Source of the DNA: an uncultured Alphaproteobacteria bacterium
GTDB lineage: Bacteria > Pseudomonadota > Alphaproteobacteria > HIMB59 > GCA-002718135
DNA length: 64,000 nt
NCBI GenBank assembly: GCA_902612805.1
Contig: CACMEY010000001.1
Location: 138,805-202,804, forward strand
Reading direction: 5' to 3'
The notes below the pieces were generated by a model. That model worked only from the letters and a program-made list of their open reading frames with translations, was not told the DNA's origin and ran no database searches. Below are positions 18,521 through 27,972 of the stretch, one piece after another. Every line of letters starts with the position of its first letter. Positions within the stretch are counted from its first letter, which is position 1. The position numbers were made by a program, and so were the translations under genes.

Positions 18521-19786
18521 ATGACAAAATTTAATGCCTGGAATGTAATTAAAAACGGTTTAAATGGTCAGTCTTATTGGACTAGACAATGGCGTGATCC
18601 AGAACCAAAAAGTAGTTATGATGTTGTAATAATTGGTGGAGGTTTACACGGTCTTGCCACGGCATATTATTTGGCAAAGAATCATAATATAAAAAATGTA
18701 GCTGTCTTAGAAAAAGGCTGGATTGGTGGAGGAAACGCTGGACGTAATACAACTATTGTAAGATCAAATTATATGATGCCAGGCAACCACGAATTTTATG
18801 AACATTCTTTAAAGTTATGGGAAAATTTAAGTCACGAATTAAATTATAATGTAATGTTTAGCCAACGAGCTCATGTCTCGTTATTTCATAGCCCTGGTGC
18901 TAAAGATTCAGTTTCACGGATTTATAATATTATGCGACTCCACGGAACTGATGCAGAACTTTGGGATTTAAAAACTTTAAAGAAAAAAATTCCGCATTTA
19001 AATTATCATAATTCTAGATTTCCAATACTTGGAGCTGCAGTTCAAAAAAGAGCAGGCAATGCAAGACACGATGCAGTTGCATGGGGTTATGCAAGGGCTG
19101 CAGATACATTAGGTGTAGACATTCTGCAAAATTGTGAAGTTACAGGTTTTACAAGAAAGAATGGAAATATTGAAAGTATTCAAACTTCAAGAGGAATTAT
19201 AAAAGGAAAGAAAATAGGATTTGCTGTTGCAGGCAATACTTCAGTATTATGGCAAATGGCAGAATTAGGCAACCTGCCAATTGAATCCCATAAACTACAA
19301 GCATTTGTATCTGAGGCTGTTAAACCACTTCTAGACCAGGTTGTTGTTTATGGTGTAGGTGGTGCGCATTTCTATATATCGCAGTCAGACAAAGGAAGCA
19401 TGGTGTTTGGTGGTGATCTTGACTGGTATAAATCATATGCTCAAAGAGGAAATCTTCCTATGGTTCAAGATGTTGCCGAAGCGGCCATGGCAATATTTCC
19501 TTCACTTGGAAGAATAAGATTACTTCGTCATTGGGCAGGTGTTATGGACATGACAATGGACGGATCATTTTTTATTTGTAAAACGCCAATATCTAATCTC
19601 TATTTAAATGCTGGTTGGAACTATGGCGGTTTCAAAGCTAGTCCTGCATCAGGTTGGTATTTTGCCGACTTAATTGCAAATGAAAGCCCGCATAACTACG
19701 TGCAAAATCATAATTTAGAAAGATTTGAAAAAGGTATCAATATTGATGAACGTGGCGCAGGACCTGATCCAAAATTGCACGGTTAA
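18521..19786 (+). CDS. soxB: Heterotetrameric sarcosine oxidase, beta subunit
   Basis: FAD motif VVIIGGGLHGLATAYYLAK; 421 aa. soxD, soxA and soxG follow in the canonical order. Confidence 0.9.
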   Translation: MTKFNAWNVIKNGLNGQSYWTRQWRDPEPKSSYDVVIIGGGLHGLATAYYLAKNHNIKNVAVLEKGWIGGGNAGRNTTIVRSNYMMPGNHEFYEHSLKLWENLSHELNYNVMFSQRAHVSLFHSPGAKDSVSRIYNIMRLHGTDAELWDLKTLKKKIPHLNYHNSRFPILGAAVQKRAGNARHDAVAWGYARAADTLGVDILQNCEVTGFTRKNGNIESIQTSRGIIKGKKIGFAVAGNTSVLWQMAELGNLPIESHKLQAFVSEAVKPLLDQVVVYGVGGAHFYISQSDKGSMVFGGDLDWYKSYAQRGNLPMVQDVAEAAMAIFPSLGRIRLLRHWAGVMDMTMDGSFFICKTPISNLYLNAGWNYGGFKASPASGWYFADLIANESPHNYVQNHNLERFEKGINIDERGAGPDPKLHG

Positions 19787-20071
19787 ATGATTAGAATCAA
19801 TTGTCCTTATTGTGGTGAAAGAGATCATAGTGAATTTAGTTATGGAGGTGATGCAACAATCAATTATCCTTCGTTAGATGCATCAGAGAAAGAATGGACT
19901 GAAGCTATATTTTTCAGAAAAAATATAAAAGGTTTTCAATTTGAAACATGGCATCATTCTAATGGATGTAGAATGTGGTTGGTAGTTGAACGTTCTACTA
20001 TCACTCATGAAATAAAAAGTGTCAAACCATGCCATCCGGATTTACAGAAGGTTGTAAAAAATAATAAATGA
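19787..20071 (+). CDS. soxD: Sarcosine oxidase, delta subunit
   Basis: 94 aa. Zn-type motif CPYCGERDHSEFSYGG...HHSNGC. ATG immediately follows the soxB stop. Confidence 0.9.
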   Translation: MIRINCPYCGERDHSEFSYGGDATINYPSLDASEKEWTEAIFFRKNIKGFQFETWHHSNGCRMWLVVERSTITHEIKSVKPCHPDLQKVVKNNK

Positions 20072-23025
20072 AGACAAGAAGAATAGATAACTATGGAAAA
20101 ATTAATAGAGATAAAATTTTATCCTTTAGGTGGGATAAAAAAAATTACAAAGGTTTTGAAGGAGATACTCTAGCATCAGCATTACTTGCAAATAATATCG
20201 GTATAGTTGGTAGAAGTTTTAAGTATCATAGACCAAGGGGAATATTTTCTAGTGGAGTCGAGGAATCCGGGGCTTTAGTTACTATTGGTTCAAAAGATAG
20301 AAGAGATCCAAATGTAAGAGCAACAACACAAGAATTATATAATGGTTTGGAAGCAAGTGGTCAAAATGCATTTCCAAATGTAAATTTTGATCTAGCTGGA
20401 ATAAATAATTATTTAGGTAGGTTTTTTGCAGCTGGTTTTTATTATAAAACTTTTATAGGAATACCTCCACTTGAATGGGGTAAAGGAACAGCCATATGGA
20501 TGTTTTTTGAAAAGTTTATTAGAAAAGCTGCGGGAATGGGAAGTGCTTCTGGGTTACCTGATCCAGATACTTATGAGCATGCTCATGATTTTTGCGATTT
20601 AATTGTAGTAGGATCAGGACCTGCTGGTGTTGCAGCTGCAATAGAGGCAGCAGAAAAAAAATTAGATGTTATTTTAGTTGAGCAAGATAGTCTTATTGGA
20701 GGAAATCAACTTGCAGAAAATGATTTTGATAACTCGCAAATTAAAAATCAACTTGAAAATCTAGGCATAAAAATAATGACTAGAACTACTGCATTTGGAT
20801 TATATGATAATTGCGTTGTTGGTTTATTAGAGAGAGTAACAGACCATATATCAGCGCCAAATGTAAACATGCCACGCCAAAGATTTTGGACCATTAGAGC
20901 AAAGCATATAATTGTTGGTGCTGGAGCAATTGAAAGACACATTGCATTTAATAATAATGATATTCCTGGTGTAATGACTGTAAATGCATCAAAGCATTAT
21001 TTGAATAGATATGGTGTACTAACCGGAAAAAGAATTGTGATAGCTACAAATAATGATTCTGTTTATGAAACAGCAAATCAATTATCAGAAGCGGGGGCCA
21101 ATGTAACTGTTCTTGATTCACGAACTAATCTTGAAATTGAGACAAATAAAAGTTTTGAAATTAGAAAAGGGTATGTGCCTTATAATATTAATGGTTCAAA
21201 AAAAATTGATAGTTTAGATATATCAAAAAGTGAAACTATTAATAAATCTGAAACTATAAATTGTGATCAAGTTCTATTATCAGGTGGCTGGTCACCTGCT
21301 GTACATTTGTTATCTCACAGAGGCGTAAAGCCTAAATGGGATTATAACAATGCTTGTTTTTTACCAAGTGACACAAAAGAAAATATTACAATAGTAGGTT
21401 CTTCTAGAGGTTTATGGAATAAAAATGATTGTATTGCTTCCGGGATAGCAGGAACTACTGATGCGTTGAACCGTTTAGGTCTTTCTAAAACAAATTATTT
21501 TTTCCCAAAACCTGGTGGATGGAAAAATCCCATACAACCACTTTATGAAGTAAAATATAAAAAATCTAGATCAAAAAGTTTTGTAGATTATCAACATGAT
21601 GTAACAACAGATGACGTAAGACTCGCACATCGTGAAGGTTTCATTTCGGTAGAGCATCTTAAAAGATACACAACTTTAGGTATGGCAAACGATCAAGGAA
21701 AAATGGGAAATATCATTGGATTATCTTTAATGGCTGAACTTTTAAATAAAGAAATTCCAGAAGTTGGAACTACTGTTTTTAGACCACCTTATACTCCTGT
21801 ATCTATAGGTGCCTTAAGCGGAAGAAATGTTGGAAAACATTTTAGGCCGTTAAGAGTAACGCCAATGCATCAATGGAATATTGATCATGGTGCAAAAATG
21901 ATTGAAGTTGGATTGTATCAAAGACCTTGGTATTATCCCAAAGAAAATGAAACTTTAAGTGACTCTTATATAAGAGAAGCATCAACAGTAAGAAAAACAG
22001 TTGGAATTTGTGATGTAACATCATTAGGCAAAATTGCTATTCAAGGACCAGGCTCTACCGAATTTTTAAATAGAATTTATTCGAATGGTTTTTCAAAACT
22101 ACAAGTTGGAAAAGCTAGATATGGTATCATGTTGCGTGATGACGGTATTGTAATGGACGATGGCACATCTTGGAGATTAGCAGAAAATGAATATTTTATG
22201 ACGACGTCTACAGGTGAAGCTGCAAAAGTGATGTCATGGTTAGAAGAATTACTTCAAACTAGATGGACAGATCTTAATGTTAATGTGACTAGTGTTTCTG
22301 AACAATGGGCAGGCGTATCAGTTGCAGGACCTAAATCTAGAGAAGTTCTCAATAATTGTGTCGATGATTCTATGGTTATAACTAATAATAACTTACCTTT
22401 TATGGGTGTTACTTCAACATTTCTTAAAGGTAATATTCCTTGTAGGATTGCAAGAATTAGTTTTTCCGGCGAATTAGCTTTTGAAGTTTATGTCAAATCA
22501 GATTTTGCCAATACAATGATGGACTTACTTTGGGAAAATGCAAAAAAATATGATGGATGTTTATATGGATTAGAAGCTTTAGGTGCACTTAGAGTTGAAA
22601 AAGGTCATGTAACAGCTGCTGAGCTTGATGGGAGGGTAACAATTGATGATGCAGGTTTAAGCAAAATGGCATCTACAAAAAAATCATATATTGGAAGCGC
22701 AATGAGAAAACGAGGAGTTTTAAAAAATAATGATCGTGAAATTCTAGTAGGCTTCTTTCCTACAAACCTAAAAGAAACTTTTAATGCTGGAACTATTGTC
22801 TGTGAAAAAAATAATATTAAAGGACAGGGTATCGGAAGAATTACTTCAGTTACTTATTCTCCTGAACTTGGACATTGGATTGGATTAGGTTTTGTCAAGG
22901 GTGGTTTAGATAAATGGAAAGATACCAATTTAGTTGGGGCAGATCCTGTAAGAAATAAACAAATGAATTTAAAAGTTGTTTCACCACATATGATTGATCC
23001 TAAAGGAGAACGAATGTATGCATAG
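20068..23025 (+). CDS. soxA: Sarcosine oxidase, alpha subunit
   Basis: 985 aa. N-terminal FEGDTLASALLANNI, NAD/FAD motif VVGSGPAGVAAA, and a C-terminal GcvT-like folate domain (ISFSGELAFEVYV). Confidence 0.9.
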   Translation: MKTRRIDNYGKINRDKILSFRWDKKNYKGFEGDTLASALLANNIGIVGRSFKYHRPRGIFSSGVEESGALVTIGSKDRRDPNVRATTQELYNGLEASGQNAFPNVNFDLAGINNYLGRFFAAGFYYKTFIGIPPLEWGKGTAIWMFFEKFIRKAAGMGSASGLPDPDTYEHAHDFCDLIVVGSGPAGVAAAIEAAEKKLDVILVEQDSLIGGNQLAENDFDNSQIKNQLENLGIKIMTRTTAFGLYDNCVVGLLERVTDHISAPNVNMPRQRFWTIRAKHIIVGAGAIERHIAFNNNDIPGVMTVNASKHYLNRYGVLTGKRIVIATNNDSVYETANQLSEAGANVTVLDSRTNLEIETNKSFEIRKGYVPYNINGSKKIDSLDISKSETINKSETINCDQVLLSGGWSPAVHLLSHRGVKPKWDYNNACFLPSDTKENITIVGSSRGLWNKNDCIASGIAGTTDALNRLGLSKTNYFFPKPGGWKNPIQPLYEVKYKKSRSKSFVDYQHDVTTDDVRLAHREGFISVEHLKRYTTLGMANDQGKMGNIIGLSLMAELLNKEIPEVGTTVFRPPYTPVSIGALSGRNVGKHFRPLRVTPMHQWNIDHGAKMIEVGLYQRPWYYPKENETLSDSYIREASTVRKTVGICDVTSLGKIAIQGPGSTEFLNRIYSNGFSKLQVGKARYGIMLRDDGIVMDDGTSWRLAENEYFMTTSTGEAAKVMSWLEELLQTRWTDLNVNVTSVSEQWAGVSVAGPKSREVLNNCVDDSMVITNNNLPFMGVTSTFLKGNIPCRIARISFSGELAFEVYVKSDFANTMMDLLWENAKKYDGCLYGLEALGALRVEKGHVTAAELDGRVTIDDAGLSKMASTKKSYIGSAMRKRGVLKNNDREILVGFFPTNLKETFNAGTIVCEKNNIKGQGIGRITSVTYSPELGHWIGLGFVKGGLDKWKDTNLVGADPVRNKQMNLKVVSPHMIDPKGERMYA

Positions 23026-23581
23026 ACATTCTGCACTAGAAACAATTTATAAGGTTGGAAAATATTCATCAAGCGAGAAACAATCTCTAACATTTAAAGA
23101 ATTAAAAAGTTTAGAAATTTTACAAATTGCTTGTTGGCCTGACAAAATTGATGAAATGAATAATTTAATATCAAAAGAACTAAAAATTAAAAATATTCCT
23201 AGTTTTAATAAAGGGATAATTTTTGAAAATAAATCATTATGGAGAATGGAACCTTTGAAATGGTGGCTATTTAATAAAGAAATTGAAATAAGTGAGCAAA
23301 TCGCAACAATTTTAGACATGTCTCATGCTTTCACAGGTATTGAAATTACAGGAGATAATTCATCATTATTTTTAAATAGACATCTTCCAATTGATTTAAG
23401 AGCTAGGAATTTTCCAGGTCTATCATCTGCTAGCACAGCCATTCATCATGTTAGTGTTAAGCTATTTAAAATAACTTCCAATAACTACTGTCTATATATA
23501 CCAAGAGGTTTTGCTTTATCAATTTGGGAGATCCTTCTTGAAACAGCAGATCAGTTTGGATACGAAGTATTAGAGAGATAG
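22994..23581 (+). CDS. soxG: Sarcosine oxidase, gamma subunit
   Basis: About 190 aa, directly after and overlapping soxA. An alternative start at ATG 23018 (ATGCATAG junction) is equally plausible. Confidence 0.75.
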   Translation: MILKENECMHRHSALETIYKVGKYSSSEKQSLTFKELKSLEILQIACWPDKIDEMNNLISKELKIKNIPSFNKGIIFENKSLWRMEPLKWWLFNKEIEISEQIATILDMSHAFTGIEITGDNSSLFLNRHLPIDLRARNFPGLSSASTAIHHVSVKLFKITSNNYCLYIPRGFALSIWEILLETADQFGYEVLER

Positions 23582-23655
23582 ATAGATTATCTTAGAGTAA
23601 TGGAAACTGGTTATCAACTAATTACTAATGTATTTAGCAATTTGCGTATAGTAAA

Positions 23656-24372
23656 TTAATCATTTGCATCGCCACCTCCGGCACCTTTTGCCCTAGATTC
23701 CTCTGACTCAGGAACAAAAGTTCTAAAAGCTATTTTAGATATTTGATCCCAAGATTTTTTATCAGGATTAATACCCTTAGAGAGCATATTATCTATATTT
23801 GATGATGAAATATTAATATCTAATTTTTGTTCATTAAAAATTTTCTTTGTGAGTAAAAGATCAAAATTTCTTTGATAATTTGTAGAGATAATTTCTCTAT
23901 TAACCCTAATATTTTCATTTGTTATTTGTACATCAATTTTTTGATCTAACAAAAACTGTGAATAGATATTTTTTTTGGCATACTTATAAAGCAAAGGTAT
24001 TAGGAATATGGGGTCACTACAATTTTTAAAAGTTAATTTAAAATCATCCCTTTTATCTATTTTTGATACTAAATAATCAATCAATCCCGGGCCTATCACC
24101 AAAAAAGATTTATTTTCACAATCAAACTCATCATTTATTTTTGACGGATCTATACTGGCATTGAAAGTGTTATCTAATTCTTCAATTTTTAATTTTAATA
24201 ATTTGATCCCATCCAAACCAAATATTTCAAGCCATGTTGTAATAAATGCAGCATCCTCATCTGATCCATAAGTGAATCCTAATCCTGAAAAAGCTCGTTG
24301 TGTATTAGTGTAGACTTCATAGTAAGAATAACTCACAGATATTAATATGTACTCATTGTTGCAAAACCCCAT
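23656..24372 (-). CDS. Hypothetical protein (238 aa), no family recognised; coupled to the upstream 554-aa ORF
   Basis: Long open frame. Its ATG lies 31 nt inside the upstream gene. No TM segment or signal peptide. Gly/acidic C-terminal tail AKGAGGGDAND. Confidence 0.6.
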   Translation of the reverse strand: MGFCNNEYILISVSYSYYEVYTNTQRAFSGLGFTYGSDEDAAFITTWLEIFGLDGIKLLKLKIEELDNTFNASIDPSKINDEFDCENKSFLVIGPGLIDYLVSKIDKRDDFKLTFKNCSDPIFLIPLLYKYAKKNIYSQFLLDQKIDVQITNENIRVNREIISTNYQRNFDLLLTKKIFNEQKLDINISSSNIDNMLSKGINPDKKSWDQISKIAFRTFVPESEESRAKGAGGGDAND

Positions 24373-26006
24373 TCATCAACATTTTTATTACTCAGATCTG
24401 ATAAATAAGGGGCTCCAGAAAAAAAACTTACTCTTAACCATCTATCTGACTTAGGATCATAACGATTAGCTCCAAAAAAAGATAACTTAAATCTTAACAT
24501 ATCAATTGGCATTGTTTTTTTATCAAGAACATTATCTTGAACTTCTGAAAAAGGATAATTTTTTAAAGATTGAATTCTCTTAACAATTCCTCTGTATTCT
24601 GGATGCATTAACAAAAATTCACAAATTAATTGATTTTCATCTACATCTTTAATTTGCTTAAATAATTCATTAACCATTTTTGCAATTCCTAGATTTTGCT
24701 CCAATTCACTTCCCTGTTCATTATATCTTTCACCCAGTCTAGGTTCTAACTTAGCTGCTGAAACATACCAAAATAAATAATTGCTATCTTTATTATTAAA
24801 ATCAATATTTTTTATCCAAGAATATTTATCATTGATTGTTTTTTTCAAATCTCCAATAGATTGATTTCCATCAATATCCATTATCTCCTCATCTGCCATA
24901 TCTTCTGCTAACTCTTCTGATATTTGAGGATACAATTCAATTAGTTGTACTCTTGCAATTTCCTTAGTATCATTATTAAAATTCGAATCACAATAATCTA
25001 AAATATCTAACCATTTAAATTTTTGAGAAAGATCTAGGTCATTAATGTAGGAAATATATTTTTTTAAATCTTCAGTAGTTAATTTATTTTTATTAATTTG
25101 GAATTCATCACTTGTGTTAACTTCTTCAAGATAATTTAGAGCTTTATTCAAAAGATTTTTATATTTTTCGAAAACTATATTATCTAACTCAATTTGAGAA
25201 ATTTCTTCTAATGTCTTTGTGTACTGTTTCATCCACTTATTAATCAACTTTGGATGTTTAATGATAAAAGGTGCCATACCTAAACCTGTTGAATTACCAA
25301 TACCTAAATGTTGTTTAATTTTTCTATCTAACTTTACTGCTTTTTTTGGGTTTATTTGCCTTGCAACATGTTCAACTAATTCAATACTGAATTCTCTAAT
25401 TAAATAAACTGATAACATTTCTGCTCTAAAGGGCTGATTGAAAACAGTTGTATTTTTTGTATTAGTAAAATCTGATAATCCAAATTTACCACTACCATAA
25501 ACAGCAGTAGTTCTTAACAAATAGCCAACTTTATTTATTTCGTAAATATCTGGCTGATTACCATTTGAAAGACAATCGACAACATACTGAAACAATCTTA
25601 CACTTTTATTTGCTCTGCTAAGAATTAACTCATCTGGAGAATTACGACCTGATTCTTGAAGAGGAATTGTTTTTTTTAATCTATTTAGATCTTGATCAGA
25701 TAATTTACCTACATGTAATGTATAGGCTGTATCCCATTTACTAGCGATAACTCTATCACTTCTATCCTTATCATCTAGGAAAGCAGAGAAACATACAAGT
25801 GAATAAGTTTGCTTATTAATAATTATTTCATAAACAACCGTGCCGAAACCATGTTTATCTAAATCAAATTTCGACTTATGTATTTCCCAGTTGTCGTTGA
25901 TCAATCTTCTTAACATACTTCTAGAAAAACTAAGCCGAGAAGGATAGCGTGAACCCATTCTTGATAGTTTCATGAAGTTATCGTTTTCTCTTACTTTTTG
26001 TAACAT
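24342..26006 (-). CDS. Hypothetical protein (554 aa), no family recognised
   Basis: 1.66-kb uninterrupted frame. Ordered-looking blocks include SRANKSVRLF, LRTTAVYGSGKFGLSDF and HLGIGNSTGLGMAPFIIKHP. No TM segment, signal peptide or P-loop. Confidence 0.65.
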   Translation of the reverse strand: MLQKVRENDNFMKLSRMGSRYPSRLSFSRSMLRRLINDNWEIHKSKFDLDKHGFGTVVYEIIINKQTYSLVCFSAFLDDKDRSDRVIASKWDTAYTLHVGKLSDQDLNRLKKTIPLQESGRNSPDELILSRANKSVRLFQYVVDCLSNGNQPDIYEINKVGYLLRTTAVYGSGKFGLSDFTNTKNTTVFNQPFRAEMLSVYLIREFSIELVEHVARQINPKKAVKLDRKIKQHLGIGNSTGLGMAPFIIKHPKLINKWMKQYTKTLEEISQIELDNIVFEKYKNLLNKALNYLEEVNTSDEFQINKNKLTTEDLKKYISYINDLDLSQKFKWLDILDYCDSNFNNDTKEIARVQLIELYPQISEELAEDMADEEIMDIDGNQSIGDLKKTINDKYSWIKNIDFNNKDSNYLFWYVSAAKLEPRLGERYNEQGSELEQNLGIAKMVNELFKQIKDVDENQLICEFLLMHPEYRGIVKRIQSLKNYPFSEVQDNVLDKKTMPIDMLRFKLSFFGANRYDPKSDRWLRVSFFSGAPYLSDLSNKNVDEWGFATMSTY

Positions 26007-26060
26007 TTATTAAATATCTATAGTTAATTTTGGTTTTTTCATTAATAGAAGTATTAATCT

Positions 26061-27047
26061 ATGTCAAAAATAAGTGAAGATATACTTCTAATTGATGGAT
26101 TGGAATATTGTAACTGGAACAGGGAATTATTTGAAAATGCCCACCAAGCTGGATTAAATGCAATTCATGTGACATTAGTGTATTGGGAAAATACTGAAGA
26201 GTCTTTTGAAAAAATAAATTATTGGCACCGTCTTTTTAAAGAGCATCATGATATTATTGCTCACGCAAAAACTACCGAAGATATTTTGGATGCTAAAAAA
26301 AATAATAAAGTTGCAATTATTTTTGGTTTTCAAAATTCTGCTCCTATTGCGAATGATATATTTTTAATTGAAAAATTTTTTGAAGCAGGTGTGAGATTTA
26401 TGCAACTCACCTATAATAATCAAACCCCACTTGCTGGAGGATGTTTTGAACCTAAAGACTCAGGTGTTTCAAGATTTGGAAAAGCTGTTATTGAAGAAAT
26501 GAATAGACTTGGCATGATTGTAGATTTAAGTCATGCAGGAAAGCAAACTTGTCTTGATGCTATTGAATTCTCAAATAAACCTGTGGCAATTTCTCATGCT
26601 AATCCAAATTTCTTTCATAAATCTAAAAGAAACATTGATACTGATATTTTACAAAAACTTGTTAAAAAAAATGGTTTTATTGGGTTAAGTTTATATCCTT
26701 ACCATCTTAAAAATTTAGGTGATTGTACTATAGAAGATTTTTGTGAAATGATTAAGGAGCTAGTAAACCTAATTGGTGAAGACAATATTGGAATAGGTTC
26801 TGATCTTTGTTTAAATTGGCCTGATGATGTAGTTATGTGGATGAGAAATGGAAAGTGGACCAAAAATATCGACTATGGAGAATCTAAAGATAAAAATCCA
26901 AAATGGCCTAAGTTACCAAGTTGGTATAAGCAACCAAGTGACTTAAATAATTTATTTTATTTAATGTGTGAAAATAATATTTCAGAAAAAGTTTCTACAA
27001 AAATAATAGGTCAGAATTGGTTTAACTTCATGAAAAATCAATTTTAG
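26061..27047 (+). CDS. M19 (renal/membrane dipeptidase) family amidohydrolase homologue, atypical active site
   Basis: Family blocks MQLTYNNQTPLAGG, DLSHAG, ISHANP and GIGSDL. The N-terminal DGHND motif reads DGLEY (see findings). Confidence 0.7.
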   Translation: MSKISEDILLIDGLEYCNWNRELFENAHQAGLNAIHVTLVYWENTEESFEKINYWHRLFKEHHDIIAHAKTTEDILDAKKNNKVAIIFGFQNSAPIANDIFLIEKFFEAGVRFMQLTYNNQTPLAGGCFEPKDSGVSRFGKAVIEEMNRLGMIVDLSHAGKQTCLDAIEFSNKPVAISHANPNFFHKSKRNIDTDILQKLVKKNGFIGLSLYPYHLKNLGDCTIEDFCEMIKELVNLIGEDNIGIGSDLCLNWPDDVVMWMRNGKWTKNIDYGESKDKNPKWPKLPSWYKQPSDLNNLFYLMCENNISEKVSTKIIGQNWFNFMKNQF

Positions 27048-27907
27048 TTTCTACGACTAATAAAAGAAGCTGATAGCAAACTTATTATTACAATCGAAGC
27101 ACCAATCATTTGATAAGTTTCTAAATTTTCTTTTAATAAAAAAACAGCTCCAAGAACACCTACCACTGGTTCTAAATACAAAAATAAAGCAGTATATGAT
27201 TGTCCAATCTTTGGGATAGCAATTAATTGTGATAAAAGTGCAAAGCTATAACATACCGAAGGAATTAAAATTAAAAGATAAATATTGATATCAAAATTAA
27301 AATTTAAAGAAAAAAATATTTTTAATATTACAAAGAAGAAAAAAGTATTAAAAACATTTATAAAGATATTAATTGGTATTGGTGAAATACCTTTAATAGA
27401 CATTTTTTGATTTACTATAATCATACTAGTTGATCCCAGTGATGCAAGAAAAGCCAAAAGAATACCTACTATATTTATAACTTTAAAAGATGGCCCTATA
27501 ACTAAAATAATTCCTAAAAATGTAACAAAAAAGAGAATCCTTACAGTTAATGAAATTTTTTCTTTATCGACAATAATAGAAAATAAAAGAACATATATTG
27601 GGTAGAGGCAAAAAATAAGAATTGTAAAACTAACTTCAATAAATATAACTGAAGTCAATAATCCAAGCGTTAAAAATATTGAACCCGCTGATATAGATAA
27701 AAAATATTTTAAGTTCTTTTTAAAAATTTTTAATAGATTATTTTGATAAGGGATAAAAGGTAATATAATTATCGAGGCAACTGCGTAACGTAAAAAAATA
27801 GTTAATGCTACAGAAGCACCAGAATTATATGCTATTTTTGTAGTAGGACCAATTAAGCCAAACAAAATTCCAGCAACTAAAGCAAAAATCACTCCAAATA
27901 TGAACAT
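27044..27907 (-). CDS. EamA/DMT-superfamily transporter
   Basis: 287 aa with about 10 hydrophobic helices in a two-repeat architecture. Confidence 0.75.
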   Translation of the reverse strand: MFIFGVIFALVAGILFGLIGPTTKIAYNSGASVALTIFLRYAVASIIILPFIPYQNNLLKIFKKNLKYFLSISAGSIFLTLGLLTSVIFIEVSFTILIFCLYPIYVLLFSIIVDKEKISLTVRILFFVTFLGIILVIGPSFKVINIVGILLAFLASLGSTSMIIVNQKMSIKGISPIPINIFINVFNTFFFFVILKIFFSLNFNFDINIYLLILIPSVCYSFALLSQLIAIPKIGQSYTALFLYLEPVVGVLGAVFLLKENLETYQMIGASIVIISLLSASFISRRN

Positions 27908-27922
27908 TTTTTAAATTAACTT

Positions 27923-27951
27923 TTGACTATTTGTTTTCATGCAGTTATTCA
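27923..27951 (+). promoter_or_regulatory. Candidate promoter of the ABC importer operon
   Basis: TTGACT (27923-27928), a 17-nt spacer, then TATTCA (27946-27951), upstream of ATG 27973. Confidence 0.35.
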
Positions 27952-27972
27952 AGCTTCATTACAATATATATT

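Noticed and set aside
21226-21261. Tandem KSETIN-KSETIN repeat inside soxA
   Set aside because: There are only two 18-nt units, and their Ser codons differ (AGT versus TCT). The repeat sits in a variable linker of the alpha subunit and has no evident functional meaning.
23582-23655. AGTAAT...ATTACT inverted repeat between soxG and the unknown 238-aa gene, considered as a bidirectional terminator
   Set aside because: It is a 6-bp all-weak stem with a 19-nt loop and no U-tract. That is not distinguishable from chance in AT-rich DNA.
23656-26006. The idea that the unknown gene pair is a toxin-antitoxin or anti-phage defence module
   Set aside because: I see no nuclease, ATPase/P-loop, NTase, TIR, SIR2, protease or HTH signatures. 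The sizes and the metabolic neighbourhood do not resemble known defence islands. No mobile-element genes are nearby. An enzymatic role is more plausible, but it remains unproven.
26007-26060. ATTAAT-N6-ATTAAT repeat in the divergent spacer between the 554-aa unknown gene and the M19 gene
   Set aside because: A self-complementary AT hexamer repeated once in AT-rich DNA is too weak to call an operator.
27931-27972. TTG 27931 start (MFSCSYSSFITIYI...) for the ABC ATPase
   Set aside because: The extension overlaps the candidate -10 region and adds a non-homologous hydrophobic leader. ATG 27973 gives a normal PotA-type N-terminus.
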